From Minisyncoccota bacterium (lineage in GTDB: Bacteria; Patescibacteriota; Minisyncoccia; Phycocordibacterales; UBA9973): a DNA stretch of 64,000 nt. The notes below the pieces were generated by a model that made no database searches, was not told where the DNA came from, and saw only the letters and a list, made by a program, of their open reading frames with translations. The translations under genes and the position numbers were made by a program. How positions within the stretch are numbered: position 1 is the stretch's first letter; each line of letters starts with the position of its first letter. Below, in pieces: positions 46,174 to 56,643 of this stretch. The stretch covers positions 54,090 to 118,089 of the forward strand of contig JBAZYS010000001.1 in assembly GCA_041659205.1 (NCBI GenBank), given 5' to 3'.

Positions 46174-49100
46174 ATGAAAACATTAAATACAACTGAATTT
46201 GATCAAATTGCACTACGTCTCGCATCTCCGGAGCAAATAAAGGAATGGTCTTTTGGAGAAGTTACAAAACCAGAAACGATAAACTATCGTACTGGTAGGT
46301 CTGAAAGAGGAGGTCTCTTCGATGAGAAAATATTCGGTCCTGAAAAAGACTATGAATGTTACTGTGGAAAATATCGTCGTATTCGTTATAAAGATATTAT
46401 CTGTGAAAAATGTGGAGTGGAAGTTACTCGTTCTATCGTTCGCCGAGAACGCATGGGCCACATTGAGCTTTCCACCCCCGTATCCCATATTTGGTTTTTG
46501 CGTGGGGTTCCTTCTAGAATGAGTATTCTTTTAAATATATCTGTCTCAGATCTTGAGAAGGTTATTTACTTTGCTGGTTATATTATTACAAAGGTTCATG
46601 AAGAAGAAAAAGAAAGTATTTTATCGAACCTTGATAAAGAATATAAAACTAAATTAAAAAATTCAGCAGATGATGATACTCGCGAGAAATTGAAAACTTT
46701 ACTTTCTATCACTAAAAAAGAAATAGGTGAAATCTATGAAGGAAAAGTATTAAATGAAATTTCTTTCCATCATTATTCTTTGAAATATGGTACTTGTTTT
46801 GAAGCGAATATTGGAGCCGAAGCTATTTACTCTATTTTCAAGAATCTTGATTTGAACAAACTAAAACTTCTTACAGAAAAGATGCTTGAAAAAGTGAGTG
46901 TTGCAGAAAAAGAGAAATTACAAAAAAGACTTTCTCTTATTCGTGCAATGAATTATGCCGGTATTCGTCCAGAATGGATGTTCTTGACTGTTATTCCAGT
47001 TATTCCACCAGTCTTGCGTCCGATGGTTGCTCTAGATGGGGGACGCCATGCCACCTCTGATTTGAACGACCTTTATCGTCGTGTCATAAATAGAAATAAT
47101 CGTTTGAAAAAATTAAAAGAAATCAATGCTCCAGACGTTATTCTAAGAAATGAAAAAAGAATTATTCAGGAAGCAGTCGATGCTCTTATTGATAACTCAA
47201 TTGCAAAACAAAATGATTCTGCTGCGATGAGTCAGTCTCAGAAGCGTCCGCTTAAATCACTTTCAGATAACTTAAAATCTAAACAAGGTCTTTTCCGCCA
47301 AAACTTACTTGGTAAGCGTGTGGATTATTCTGGACGTTCAGTTATTGTGGTTGGTCCTGAGCTTAAACTAAATCAATGTGGATTACCAAAACACATGGCT
47401 TTGGAACTTTTCCGCCCATTCGTAATTTCAAAGATTTTACAGGCAGAACTTGCTTTTAACATCCGCGGGGCAAATAAATTGATAGAAGAACGTCCTCCTG
47501 AAGTTTGGGCAATATTGGAAGAAGTTATTCAAGGCAAATATGTTCTGTTAAACCGTGCACCTACCTTGCACCGTCTAGGTATTCAAGCTTTCAATCCTAT
47601 TTTGATTGAAGGAAATGCTATCCAAGTTCATCCTCTTGTTTGTCAGGCTTTCAACGCTGACTTCGATGGAGACCAGATGGCTGTATATGTTCCTTTGCTT
47701 GATGAAGCACAATGGGAGGCAAAAGAATTGATGGCCTCAAATAAAAATTTACTTAAACCACAAAATGGAGATCCAATCGTGCATCCTCGTATGGACATGG
47801 TGCTCGGAAGTTATTGGATAACTAAATTAGTAGACGGGGAAGTAGGAGAAGGTAAATATTTTTCCAGTCCTAATACTGCTATCACAGCTTGTGATTACGG
47901 AATCATAAGTCTTCGTGCAAAAATCAAAGTTCTCGCAACTGATACCCATAAATATAAAAAATTTGGTGGAGAACTTTTTGAAACTACTGTTGGAAAACTT
48001 CTTTTCAATAGTATCTTGCCGAACGATTTTTCTTATGTGAATGATGAAATGACTCAAGACAGATTGTCAGCTCTTTTAGATGAGCTTATCGTTCATTCTG
48101 GAGTAGATAACACTCCTGCAATTCTAGACAAGATTAAAGCTTTCGGATTTAAGTATTCTACTATTTCTGGTACTACTTGGGGACTAGATAACGTTAAAGT
48201 TCCTGAGGAAAAGAAAAAAATTATTGAAGAAGGTAAAAAATTAGAAGAAGATACAGTTGCTCAATGGAGTGAAGGTCTTCTCTCTCTTGATGAAAGATAT
48301 CAGAAAATTATTGAAATTTGGACACAGGTTAAGAAAAATTTGGAAAAGGTTTTGCCTCAAACTCTTGATAAAAAAGGTTCTACCTATGACTTATTTACTT
48401 CTAAGGCTAGAGGTACGATGTCATCCTTAATGCAGATGACAGGAATGATCGGTCTTATTCAAAACAACCAAGGTAAAATTCTAGAATTTCCAATTATTCC
48501 TTGTTACCAAGAAGGACTTTCTCCGATTGAATATTTCGTTATTACCCACGGTGCTCGTAAGGGTGCATCGGATACCGCACTTAACACAGCGAAAGCTGGA
48601 TATTTGACCCGAAGACTTGTGGATGTTGCTCAAGATGTCGTCATTACCGAAGAAGATTGTGGTACGAAAGAAGGTAAAATGGTTAGTCGAGAAAATATTT
48701 CCGGAATTGAAATTCCTCTTTCTAAGAATATTCGCGGACGAGTTTTGGCAGGTGACTTAAAAGATAAGGATGGTAATGTAGTTTACAAGAGAGGTTTCTT
48801 AATCACTAAAGAAGAAGCTCACAACATTGAAGGAGCAGGTTTTACCGAAGTATTTGTTCGTTCTCCTTTAACTTGTAAGACTGTTCATGGTCTTTGTGTG
48901 ATGTGTTATGGTCTTGATTTAGGTAGGAATCATTTGGTGGAAGAAGGCGAAGCTGTTGGAATCATCGCGGCTCAAGCTATCGGTGAACCAGGTACTCAGC
49001 TTACGCTTCGAACATTCCACGCTGGAGGTGTCGCAGGAACAGATATCACGACAGGTCTTCCACGTGTTGAAGAAATTTTCGAAAGAAGAATTCCCAAGAA

Positions 49101-49785
49101 TCCTGCTATAATTTCTGAGACTGATGGAGAAGTGATTTCTATTACATCAAAAGATGGGAAAGAAAAAATAATTAAAGTATTGTCAGATAGTAAGGTTGAC
49201 GGTAAGGCAAATGAAATGGAATACCTTGTGGCATTTCGAAGAACTCCAATCGTTAAAGTTGGTGATTCTGTAAAGATGGGTCAATTGCTAACTGATGGAT
49301 CAGCCGATATTGCTGAAATGTTTAAACTAGGGAACAAAGAACTTGTTGAAGAATATATCATTGAAGAAATAAACAAAGTTTACGAACTTCAGAGTGCTTC
49401 TATTTCCAGAAAACACACAGAAATAATTATTCGTCAGATGTTTTCTCGAAGAAAAATAAAAGATGCTGGAGAAACTAATTTTTCCGCAGGTGATATTGTA
49501 GAAAATACTGCTTTTATTGAAGAAAATATGAGAGTCAAAGAGATAGATGGAAAAGAAGCAAAAGCAGAAATCGTTGTGCTTGGTATTACCGAGGTCTCAC
49601 TTCGAACTAAGAGTTGGTTGTCCGCTGCATCGTTCCAAAACACGAACCGTGTTCTTATTGAAAACGCTATTAAAGGTGGAGTAGATAGTCTCCGAGGACT
49701 AAAAGAAAATGTTATTATCGGACGATTAATTCCAGCAGGAACTGGTTTTAAAAACAAGTTTGTTAAAACGTCGGAAGAAAAATAA
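46174..49785 (+). CDS. rpoC: DNA-directed RNA polymerase subunit beta'
   Basis: A zinc finger (CYCGKYRRIRYKDIICEKCGV), the motif NADFDGDQMAV and the trigger-loop region are present. Confidence 0.97.
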   Translation: MKTLNTTEFDQIALRLASPEQIKEWSFGEVTKPETINYRTGRSERGGLFDEKIFGPEKDYECYCGKYRRIRYKDIICEKCGVEVTRSIVRRERMGHIELSTPVSHIWFLRGVPSRMSILLNISVSDLEKVIYFAGYIITKVHEEEKESILSNLDKEYKTKLKNSADDDTREKLKTLLSITKKEIGEIYEGKVLNEISFHHYSLKYGTCFEANIGAEAIYSIFKNLDLNKLKLLTEKMLEKVSVAEKEKLQKRLSLIRAMNYAGIRPEWMFLTVIPVIPPVLRPMVALDGGRHATSDLNDLYRRVINRNNRLKKLKEINAPDVILRNEKRIIQEAVDALIDNSIAKQNDSAAMSQSQKRPLKSLSDNLKSKQGLFRQNLLGKRVDYSGRSVIVVGPELKLNQCGLPKHMALELFRPFVISKILQAELAFNIRGANKLIEERPPEVWAILEEVIQGKYVLLNRAPTLHRLGIQAFNPILIEGNAIQVHPLVCQAFNADFDGDQMAVYVPLLDEAQWEAKELMASNKNLLKPQNGDPIVHPRMDMVLGSYWITKLVDGEVGEGKYFSSPNTAITACDYGIISLRAKIKVLATDTHKYKKFGGELFETTVGKLLFNSILPNDFSYVNDEMTQDRLSALLDELIVHSGVDNTPAILDKIKAFGFKYSTISGTTWGLDNVKVPEEKKKIIEEGKKLEEDTVAQWSEGLLSLDERYQKIIEIWTQVKKNLEKVLPQTLDKKGSTYDLFTSKARGTMSSLMQMTGMIGLIQNNQGKILEFPIIPCYQEGLSPIEYFVITHGARKGASDTALNTAKAGYLTRRLVDVAQDVVITEEDCGTKEGKMVSRENISGIEIPLSKNIRGRVLAGDLKDKDGNVVYKRGFLITKEEAHNIEGAGFTEVFVRSPLTCKTVHGLCVMCYGLDLGRNHLVEEGEAVGIIAAQAIGEPGTQLTLRTFHAGGVAGTDITTGLPRVEEIFERRIPKNPAIISETDGEVISITSKDGKEKIIKVLSDSKVDGKANEMEYLVAFRRTPIVKVGDSVKMGQLLTDGSADIAEMFKLGNKELVEEYIIEEINKVYELQSASISRKHTEIIIRQMFSRRKIKDAGETNFSAGDIVENTAFIEENMRVKEIDGKEAKAEIVVLGITEVSLRTKSWLSAASFQNTNRVLIENAIKGGVDSLRGLKENVIIGRLIPAGTGFKNKFVKTSEEK

Positions 49786-49793
49786 TATAATTT

Positions 49794-51527
49794 ATGAACT
49801 CTCCAGTTCAAAAAATTAAGGAGAGGCTCTCAATTGAAGAAGTAGTCTCTTCTTATATAAAGCTAGACCACGTAGGCACGAACCTGAAAGCTAGGTGTCC
49901 CTTTCATAATGAAAAAACTCCTTCATTCTTTATTTCTCCTGACCGAGGCACATACTATTGCTTCGGTTGCGGAGTAAAAGGGGATATTTTTTCTTTTGTG
50001 GAAGAGTTTGAGGGTCTAGATTTTAGGGGAGCACTTAAATTACTTGCTGGTAGAGCGGGAATTGTTTTGGAGACCTATAACCCAAAAGATCAAAAAAATC
50101 AGAGTGAAAAAGAAAGGTTGTTTGAGATTATGGAAGTCGCTACTTCTTATTTTTGCGCTAATTTAGCAACAAATAATGAAGCTCTTGCATATCTTAAATC
50201 TAGAGGTCTAGAAGCAAAAACAATAAAAGATTTTAGGATTGGTTTTGCTCTACTTGATTGGCGTAAGCTTTTTGATTTTCTGAAGTCTAAAAATTTTTCT
50301 GATAAAGAAATAGAAACTGCCGGACTGGCAAAAGCTCCAGAAGACAAGAGCAAAGCCATGTATGATCGTTTTCGTGGGAGAATAATGTTTCCTATTTCTG
50401 ATTCGAGTGGGAGGGTCATCGCTTTTTCTGGAAGAATATTTGTGGACGATGGAAAGTCTGCTAAATATTTGAATAGTCCAGAAACTCCTATTTTCAGCAA
50501 ATCTTCTGTTCTTTTTGGTATTGATAAAGCGAAAGAGACAATTCGGAAAAATAATTTTTCTATACTTGTTGAGGGTCAAATGGATTTAATTTTATCTCAC
50601 CAAGCTGGTTTTAAAAATACCGTAGCTTCATCTGGGACAGCGATGGCTGACTCAATATTGTCAAAAGAAAATATTATAAATAATCTTGGACTTATTACTA
50701 GATTGTCAAAAAATATTGTTCTCGCTTATGATGCTGATAAAGCAGGAATTAATGCTTCCAATCGTTTTACGAAGATTGCTTTGTCTTTAGGAATGGATGT
50801 AAAAGTTGCAGAGATGCCAGAAGGTATGGACCCTGCAGATTTGATTTCAAAAGTTGGTCTGGATGCTTGGCGAGAGGCGATTAGAAACTCCAAGCATTTT
50901 ATAGAGTTTATGCTTACAAGAATCTTGAAAGATACAAAAAGTGATACACGGAAAGCAGGTAGAGTTATAAAAGAGCGTTTGCTTCCTTTCGTGAATGACT
51001 TGGAGAGTTCGATAGAGAAATCACATTTTATTACATTGATAAGCAATAAATCTGGTATAGCGGAAGGTGCCTTAATGGAAGATTTAAAAAAAGTTGAAGT
51101 CGAGTTAAAAAATGAGAAAGAAGAGACAAAAATTGCTATTGAGAATGTTGAGAAAAACTTAAGGAAAGACCCAATAGAGAGGAGACTTTTGGGGATAGCT
51201 TTTTGGCAAGAGAACCTAGAAAATAAGAAAATAAATCCTGCACTAATTTTTGAAAAACTGGAGAAAGCAAAAGAAAAATATAATGATATAAAAGAAGATT
51301 TGATTTATGAAGTAGAAGAATTTTATTCGAATGATGAGAATTTAGAAAAAGATGTAAATGAAATGCTGCTCAGCATAGAAGAAGAATATTTAAACGAAGA
51401 GCTAACAAAACACATGATAGAGTTACAAAATTTAAAGGGCAAAGAAGAAGAAATAGAAATTTTTAAAAAAATAAATGAGATAAATAAAAGAAAAGAAGAT
51501 ATTAAAAATGGTCGTTTAAAGAAATAA
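49794..51527 (+). CDS. dnaG: DNA primase
   Basis: A CHC2 zinc finger ([11 protein letters not shown]...CFGCG) is present. TOPRIM is [10 protein letters not shown]. The start lies 8 nt after the rpoC stop. Confidence 0.9.
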   Translation: MNSPVQKIKERLSIEEVVSSYIKLDHVGTNLKARCPFHNEKTPSFFISPDRGTYYCFGCGVKGDIFSFVEEFEGLDFRGALKLLAGRAGIVLETYNPKDQKNQSEKERLFEIMEVATSYFCANLATNNEALAYLKSRGLEAKTIKDFRIGFALLDWRKLFDFLKSKNFSDKEIETAGLAKAPEDKSKAMYDRFRGRIMFPISDSSGRVIAFSGRIFVDDGKSAKYLNSPETPIFSKSSVLFGIDKAKETIRKNNFSILVEGQMDLILSHQAGFKNTVASSGTAMADSILSKENIINNLGLITRLSKNIVLAYDADKAGINASNRFTKIALSLGMDVKVAEMPEGMDPADLISKVGLDAWREAIRNSKHFIEFMLTRILKDTKSDTRKAGRVIKERLLPFVNDLESSIEKSHFITLISNKSGIAEGALMEDLKKVEVELKNEKEETKIAIENVEKNLRKDPIERRLLGIAFWQENLENKKINPALIFEKLEKAKEKYNDIKEDLIYEVEEFYSNDENLEKDVNEMLLSIEEEYLNEELTKHMIELQNLKGKEEEIEIFKKINEINKRKEDIKNGRLKK

Positions 51528-51540
51528 GTACATAAACAAC

Positions 51541-52767
51541 ATGAAGAAAAAATCAAAAAATAAAAAAGTAGCGAAGAAAATTGTAAAAAAGGTTAAGAAG
51601 GCTCCTAAAAAAGCAAAGGCCACAAAGGTAAAAAAAGTTAAAAAAATAGTAAAGAAGGTTGCGAAAAAGATAAAAATAATAAAATTATCTCCTAAGCAGA
51701 AAAAAACTGAAAAATTAGATATTCTCGCTAATAATATTATCGAAAAAGGTAGAAAGCGTGGTTTTATTACTTATGATGAGATTTTAAAAACTTTCCCTGA
51801 TATTGAAAACAATATCTTATTTTTAGATGAGCTCTATGAGAAATTTGCAGTGGCTGGTATTGATGTGCTTGAAGGTGGAAATTTGCTTAACTTAGATATT
51901 GATTTAAATGATAAAGATTTGAATAAGGGGTCTATGCATGACTCTATTCAGATGTATTTGAAAGAAATAGGGCAGTACCCGCTTATTCATGCGAGTGATG
52001 AAAAGGACCTTGCAAAACGCATTGAACATGGAGATTTAGAAGCGAAGAATTTACTCGCACGAGCAAACTTACGTTTGGTTGTTTCTATCGCAAAAAAATA
52101 TGTAGGTAGAAGTGCAAACTTGACTCTTCTTGATTTGATTCAAGAGGGGAATTTGGGTTTATTTAAAGCTGTCGAAAAGTTTGATTGGACTAAAGGATAT
52201 AAATTTTCTACTTATGCTACTTGGTGGATTCGTCAATCTATCACTCGTGCCTTAGCTGACCAGTCTAGAACAATCCGCATTCCAGTTCACATGGTGGAGA
52301 CTATCTCAAAATACAAGCAGACCCACCGCAGATTGAGCCAGGATTTGGGCCGTGAGCCTCTAGCAGAAGAGATTGCGACGGAAATGGGTATTCCTGTCGA
52401 AAAGATTCATGTAATTGAAAACATCAGCCAGGAGACTGTATCCCTCGAACAACCTGTCGGAGACGACGATGATAAATCAACCTTAGAAAACTTTATTCCT
52501 GATGATAAAATTTTACGTCCAGACCAAGAGTCTTCTCGCAGAATTCTTTCTGATCAGATTCGAGAAGTTTTAGACGAACTTAATTCTAAAGAACGCAGAA
52601 TTCTTGAGATGCGCTATGGTTTACTCGATGGTATCCAGCACACGCTTGAGAGAGTAGGGGAAGAGTTCGGGGTTACTCGTGAACGTATTCGTCAGATTGA
52701 AGCAAAGGTTCATGAAAAGCTTCGTCAGCACGAAAAAATAGCAAGATTAAAGAATTACTTTGACTAA
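51541..52767 (+). CDS. rpoD: RNA polymerase primary sigma factor with Lys-rich N-terminal extension
   Basis: Region 2 is [35 protein letters not shown]. Region 4 is [20 protein letters not shown]. Confidence 0.9.
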   Translation: MKKKSKNKKVAKKIVKKVKKAPKKAKATKVKKVKKIVKKVAKKIKIIKLSPKQKKTEKLDILANNIIEKGRKRGFITYDEILKTFPDIENNILFLDELYEKFAVAGIDVLEGGNLLNLDIDLNDKDLNKGSMHDSIQMYLKEIGQYPLIHASDEKDLAKRIEHGDLEAKNLLARANLRLVVSIAKKYVGRSANLTLLDLIQEGNLGLFKAVEKFDWTKGYKFSTYATWWIRQSITRALADQSRTIRIPVHMVETISKYKQTHRRLSQDLGREPLAEEIATEMGIPVEKIHVIENISQETVSLEQPVGDDDDKSTLENFIPDDKILRPDQESSRRILSDQIREVLDELNSKERRILEMRYGLLDGIQHTLERVGEEFGVTRERIRQIEAKVHEKLRQHEKIARLKNYFD

Positions 52768-52770
52768 ATA

Positions 52771-52803
52771 AAAAAAACCCCCGCAATCAGCGGGGTTTTT
52801 TTA
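52771..52803. terminator. bidirectional rho-independent terminator between rpoD (+) and the dsbA-like gene (-)
   Basis: aaaaaaacccccgc-aatca-gcggggttttttt. A-run and T-run on both sides. Confidence 0.8.
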
Positions 52804-52814
52804 TTTAAAATATA

Positions 52815-53597
52815 TTATTTTAATGCAGCGTCAATTTTTATTTTTACTGAACTAAGTGGTTCTGCACCATCTATGGTAGCTACAACTTTACCATTTTTTA
52901 AAATGAATCCTTTTGGTGTTCCAGTTACTCCAGCGCTAGTCCCTTCTTTCTTTGAATCAATAATTGTTTGTACATATTTATTACTATCTAAACATTTATC
53001 AAAACTCAAGGTATCTAAATTTAGTGTCTTTGCGAAAGATTTTAATTTAGGTCTAGCAAACCCACCTTCATTTTCTCCATTTTGGTGAGAGTAGAGATAG
53101 TCATGAAATTCCCAAAATTTTCCTTGATCTCCAGCACATCTTGCAGCATTTGCGGCATTGATAGATTCATCTGCTTCAGCGACGTATGGTTTAACAAATT
53201 CTCCTAAAAATGTAAAATCTCTATAAACAAATAAGACATCTCCTTTTTCTACATATTTCATAATTTCAGGTATAGAGGGAGCCCAATTAGGATTATTACT
53301 TTTTAAGTAGTCCATTACAGGTTTCATTGCAGGGGAGTTAAGTTCTAGCCCAGTAACTGCTCCGCAAAAAGGGCATTGAAAATCCTCATACATGACGATA
53401 GTAAGTTTTGCATTTGGGTCTCCAATAGTATTATCTCCTTTACCAACAGGGGCTACTGTCGTTGTATTTGCGGCTGCATTTACTTTCGCCTCTTCTTTTG
53501 TTGGTGCTTTAGCATCTTTTAATAATATAGCTCCAGCAATAAGGACTCCCACGATAAGTATTGCCCCAGCTATTTGTTTTTGATCATTATTTTGCAT
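52815..53597 (-). CDS. DsbA-family thiol:disulfide oxidoreductase (membrane-anchored, BdbD-like)
   Basis: N-terminal TM. CxxC is FQCPFC. The cis-Pro motif is TGTPKGFI. Confidence 0.8.
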   Translation of the reverse strand: MQNNDQKQIAGAILIVGVLIAGAILLKDAKAPTKEEAKVNAAANTTTVAPVGKGDNTIGDPNAKLTIVMYEDFQCPFCGAVTGLELNSPAMKPVMDYLKSNNPNWAPSIPEIMKYVEKGDVLFVYRDFTFLGEFVKPYVAEADESINAANAARCAGDQGKFWEFHDYLYSHQNGENEGGFARPKLKSFAKTLNLDTLSFDKCLDSNKYVQTIIDSKKEGTSAGVTGTPKGFILKNGKVVATIDGAEPLSSVKIKIDAALK

Positions 53598-53728
53598 ATT
53601 TTTATTGTTAATATTTGTAATACGCTATTGTAGCATATTTTTTGGTTATGCTATAATAGTGGTATTAATATAAAGGTCATTATTATTAGCTAATTATCCT
53701 ACTTAAAAGTGGGATGAAGTAAAAAATT

Positions 53729-54022
53729 ATGTGTAAAATGTGTAATGGAAAGTGTGGTGGTGGTTGCGTAGTATCATGTGTAAGTAAAACTTTAGTAATT
53801 ATTGGGGGAGTAAATTGGGGTTTGGTTGGAGTTGGAATGCTTTTAAATACTCCTCTAAATGTTGTTAATATGCTTTTGGGTTCTTGGCCAACAGTTGAGG
53901 CTGTTGTTTATGTACTTGTAGGCGTTGCAGCTGTAATGAAAATTTTTGGTTGCAAATGTGCAAAATGCAAGGAAGCTTGTGCAACTTGTGCTACAGGTGA
54001 AAAAGCCGAAGTAAAGATGTAA
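53729..54022 (+). CDS. DUF378-like small membrane protein with Cys-rich termini
   Basis: The core is GVNWGLVGVGML. The N-terminus is MCKMCNGKCGGGC. The C-terminus is CKCAKCKEACATCA. Confidence 0.55.
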   Translation: MCKMCNGKCGGGCVVSCVSKTLVIIGGVNWGLVGVGMLLNTPLNVVNMLLGSWPTVEAVVYVLVGVAAVMKIFGCKCAKCKEACATCATGEKAEVKM

Positions 54023-54043
54023 TATATTTCGTTTTTTTTCATT

Positions 54044-54070
54044 AAAAACCCCCTTTTTAGGGGGTTTTTA
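54044..54070 (+). terminator. rho-independent terminator
   Basis: aaaaaccccct-tttt-agggggttttta. Confidence 0.75.
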
Positions 54071-54107
54071 TGTACATTTGAGCGATAAAATGTTATACTA
54101 TTGATAT

Positions 54108-55352
54108 ATGGCTGCAGCTTTTAATGCTATATTTTATATATTGATTTTCTTATCTGTATACGTGCAGGTGTTTTTTTTCGTTACTTTTATTGAAAATAGA
54201 AAAAAAATAGTCACTAGAGATGGGAAAATTAAGCTTGGATATTATCCATCTGTGACTATTGCTATTCCATGTTGGAATGAAGAAAGTACAGTGGAGAGAA
54301 CAGTGCATTCAGTTTTGAATTTATCTTATCCTAAAGATAAGCTTAAAATATTTCTCGTAGATGATGGTTCCACTGATGGCACAATGAATGTTATAAGTAA
54401 ATTTGCAGGTTATCCTAACGTAAAGGTCCTACACAAAGAAAATGGCGGGAAATACACTGCCCTTAATTTAGTTCTTCAAAATTTAGAGACAGAATTTTTT
54501 GGTGGACTAGATGCAGATTCATTTGCAGACCCTGAATCACTTGTTCGAATTATGAGTTATTTTGAGAAAGACATAAACATTATGGCTGTCGCTCCTTCTG
54601 TAATAGTAGATAGTCCAAAAAACTTTGTTCAAGGTGCTCAGAAGGCTGAATATGGTATGGGTGTATATTTTAAGAAAATGCTTTGTTTTTTAAGCGCAAT
54701 CAACGTTACTCCAGGACCGATGACAATTTTTAGGAAAAAAGTTTTTGATGATTTAGGTCCTTATCAACATGGTCACAATACAGAAGATATGGAAATTGCA
54801 TATAGGATGCAGAAAAATGGTTATATAATAGAGCATTGCAATGATGCTTATGTTTATACGAATACTCCAGGAACCATTAGAAAGCTTTATAGGCAAAGAA
54901 TTAGATGGATCTATGGTTTTATAAATAATACGATTGATTATAAGAACATCATCCTTAAGAAAAAATACGGTAATTTTTCTATTTTTACATTGCCGATGGG
55001 TATTATTTCTATTTTCTCTGTGAGCTATCTTTTTGGTCGGATAGTATATAATTTTTTAGATTTTATATATTCAAAAATTATTCAGTTTGAAGTTACTGGT
55101 TTTAGTTTTAATTTACATAAAATGAATTTTGATCCATTTTTTATCAATACTCAATTTTTTATATTTTTAGTTTTTTCTATCTATATTTTGGTTGTTTTTT
55201 CGATGGTTTTCGGACGAAAAATGACGGAAGGGAAATGGGGCTTATCCTTAGATATGCTTTATTTTATTCCCGTGTTTAGTATTGTCGCTCCATTTTGGCT
55301 ACTTAAAGCCGTTTATAATACTCTATTAAATAGAAAGCCTTCTTGGAGATAA
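54108..55352 (+). CDS. processive family-2 glycosyltransferase (NodC/chitin- or hyaluronan-synthase-like), integral membrane
   Basis: DDGSTDGT is present. DxD is in GGLDADSF. Q-x-x-R-W is QRIRW. Multiple C-terminal TM helices. Confidence 0.8.
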   Translation: MAAAFNAIFYILIFLSVYVQVFFFVTFIENRKKIVTRDGKIKLGYYPSVTIAIPCWNEESTVERTVHSVLNLSYPKDKLKIFLVDDGSTDGTMNVISKFAGYPNVKVLHKENGGKYTALNLVLQNLETEFFGGLDADSFADPESLVRIMSYFEKDINIMAVAPSVIVDSPKNFVQGAQKAEYGMGVYFKKMLCFLSAINVTPGPMTIFRKKVFDDLGPYQHGHNTEDMEIAYRMQKNGYIIEHCNDAYVYTNTPGTIRKLYRQRIRWIYGFINNTIDYKNIILKKKYGNFSIFTLPMGIISIFSVSYLFGRIVYNFLDFIYSKIIQFEVTGFSFNLHKMNFDPFFINTQFFIFLVFSIYILVVFSMVFGRKMTEGKWGLSLDMLYFIPVFSIVAPFWLLKAVYNTLLNRKPSWR

Positions 55353-55356
55353 ATAT

Positions 55357-56043
55357 ATGGATAATAAAATTGATTGGAAAAAATATTTGATTGTTTTGCT
55401 CATTACTACCGGTCTTTTTTTTACGGCTATTTATTTAAGTAATTATTTTGGTAATAAGAAAATTAATCAACTTAAAACAATCCAAGATAAAATAGCGATT
55501 GATATTCTTTCTTCAGAAACACAGTTTTCTTTACTTTCTGAACTTTCTTGTAAAAATATTTCTGATTCTGTTTTTTCAAGTGAGCTTGGAGAACTTGGTA
55601 ATAAGCTAGCTTGGAGTCAAGAAAATTTAGGAGCAACAGAAGAGGTGTCGTATTTAAGAAAATACTATTCTCTTTTACAGATCAAAGATTACTTATTAGC
55701 TAAAAAAATTTCCGCTCGTTGTGGGGTGAAGTCTTCTTTTATTCTTTATTTCTATACGACAGCAGCAAACTGTAGTGAGTGTGAGAATGAAAGCTTGGTT
55801 TTATCAACCCTACGTGCAGAGTATCCAGAACTTCGAGTTTACTCTTTTGATTACAGTACGGACCTTTCTGCTATAACTTCGATGCTTCAAATATATAAAA
55901 TTAAAGATACAGCACTTCCTGCAATGGTGATTGATGACAATGTGCTCACTGGTTTTCATTCCATAGAAGACCTCGAGGCACGCGTGAAAGACTCCTTCAA
56001 GCTCCAAGGGATAAAATCCCCAGTAGAAAAAACAACAAAATAG
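55357..56043 (+). CDS. membrane-anchored thioredoxin-like protein (hypothetical)
   Basis: N-terminal TM. CxxC is ANCSEC. A later ALPAMVID segment is thioredoxin-like. Confidence 0.45.
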   Translation: MDNKIDWKKYLIVLLITTGLFFTAIYLSNYFGNKKINQLKTIQDKIAIDILSSETQFSLLSELSCKNISDSVFSSELGELGNKLAWSQENLGATEEVSYLRKYYSLLQIKDYLLAKKISARCGVKSSFILYFYTTAANCSECENESLVLSTLRAEYPELRVYSFDYSTDLSAITSMLQIYKIKDTALPAMVIDDNVLTGFHSIEDLEARVKDSFKLQGIKSPVEKTTK

Positions 56044-56083
56044 CCTGTAAAATTAGGTATTATTTTTTGTTTTAAAATTTCTG

Positions 56084-56096
56084 GAGCCGCCTCTCG
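56084..56096. repeat. duplicate of the tRNA-Thr 3' end (gagccgcctctcg; extended similarity about 23 nt) lying 24 nt beyond the tRNA
   Basis: 56084-56106 is ctggagccgcctctcgttttgaacc. The tRNA 3' region at 56120-56142 is gagccgcctctcggattcgaacc. Confidence 0.5.
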
Positions 56097-56120
56097 TTTT
56101 GAACCTATATTAACCTGTTG

Positions 56121-56193
56121 AGCCGCCTCTCGGATTCGAACCGAGGACCTTCACTTTACAAAAGTGTTGCTCTACCAACTGAGCTAAGGCGGC
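56121..56193 (-). tRNA. tRNA-Thr (anticodon TGT)
   Basis: The reverse complement folds as follows. The acceptor is GCCGCCT/AGGCGGC. The D-arm is GCTC-AGTTGGTA-GAGC. The anticodon loop is TTTGTAA. The T-arm is CTCGG-TTCGAAT-CCGAG. One A-A mismatch closes the anticodon stem. Confidence 0.85.
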
Positions 56194-56217
56194 ATAATTA
56201 TTTAATTTTCAACTTTT

Positions 56218-56628
56218 TTATAAACCCTCTTCCTCCTCTTTTATTCTGTGCTTTATTTCTCTAATCTTGTATTTGTATTCCGAAATCATTTTTAAAAACT
56301 TACTTACTTCTCTTTTACTTTCAATCTCGTCATGTGATTTCTTGTTGCTCATGTTGCTGATTTTATTTTTTGCTTCCTGATATTTATTCTTTATGAGGTT
56401 TGAAGATCTAATATAAAATCTAATCGTATTTACTAAACCGGCATAACTATGTTTTCTTAAATTTTTAATGGCAGCCCGCTTTAATTCCTCTAAGTATTGA
56501 ACTTTCAAAAAAGTTTCAGCACTATCGCTATAGGGCATTTCTCCATTTTGCAGCAGAAGCAACTTTCTTCCTATCATGAAAGTTATTCCAAGGAGTGATC
56601 CAAAAAACAAAATTAATAAGAAATACAT
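56218..56628 (-). CDS. hypothetical membrane-anchored coiled-coil protein
   Basis: N-terminal TM. The Lys/Glu-rich helical remainder has no recognised motif. Confidence 0.4.
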   Translation of the reverse strand: MYFLLILFFGSLLGITFMIGRKLLLLQNGEMPYSDSAETFLKVQYLEELKRAAIKNLRKHSYAGLVNTIRFYIRSSNLIKNKYQEAKNKISNMSNKKSHDEIESKREVSKFLKMISEYKYKIREIKHRIKEEEEGL

Positions 56629-56643
56629 AATTTTTTATTTAAT

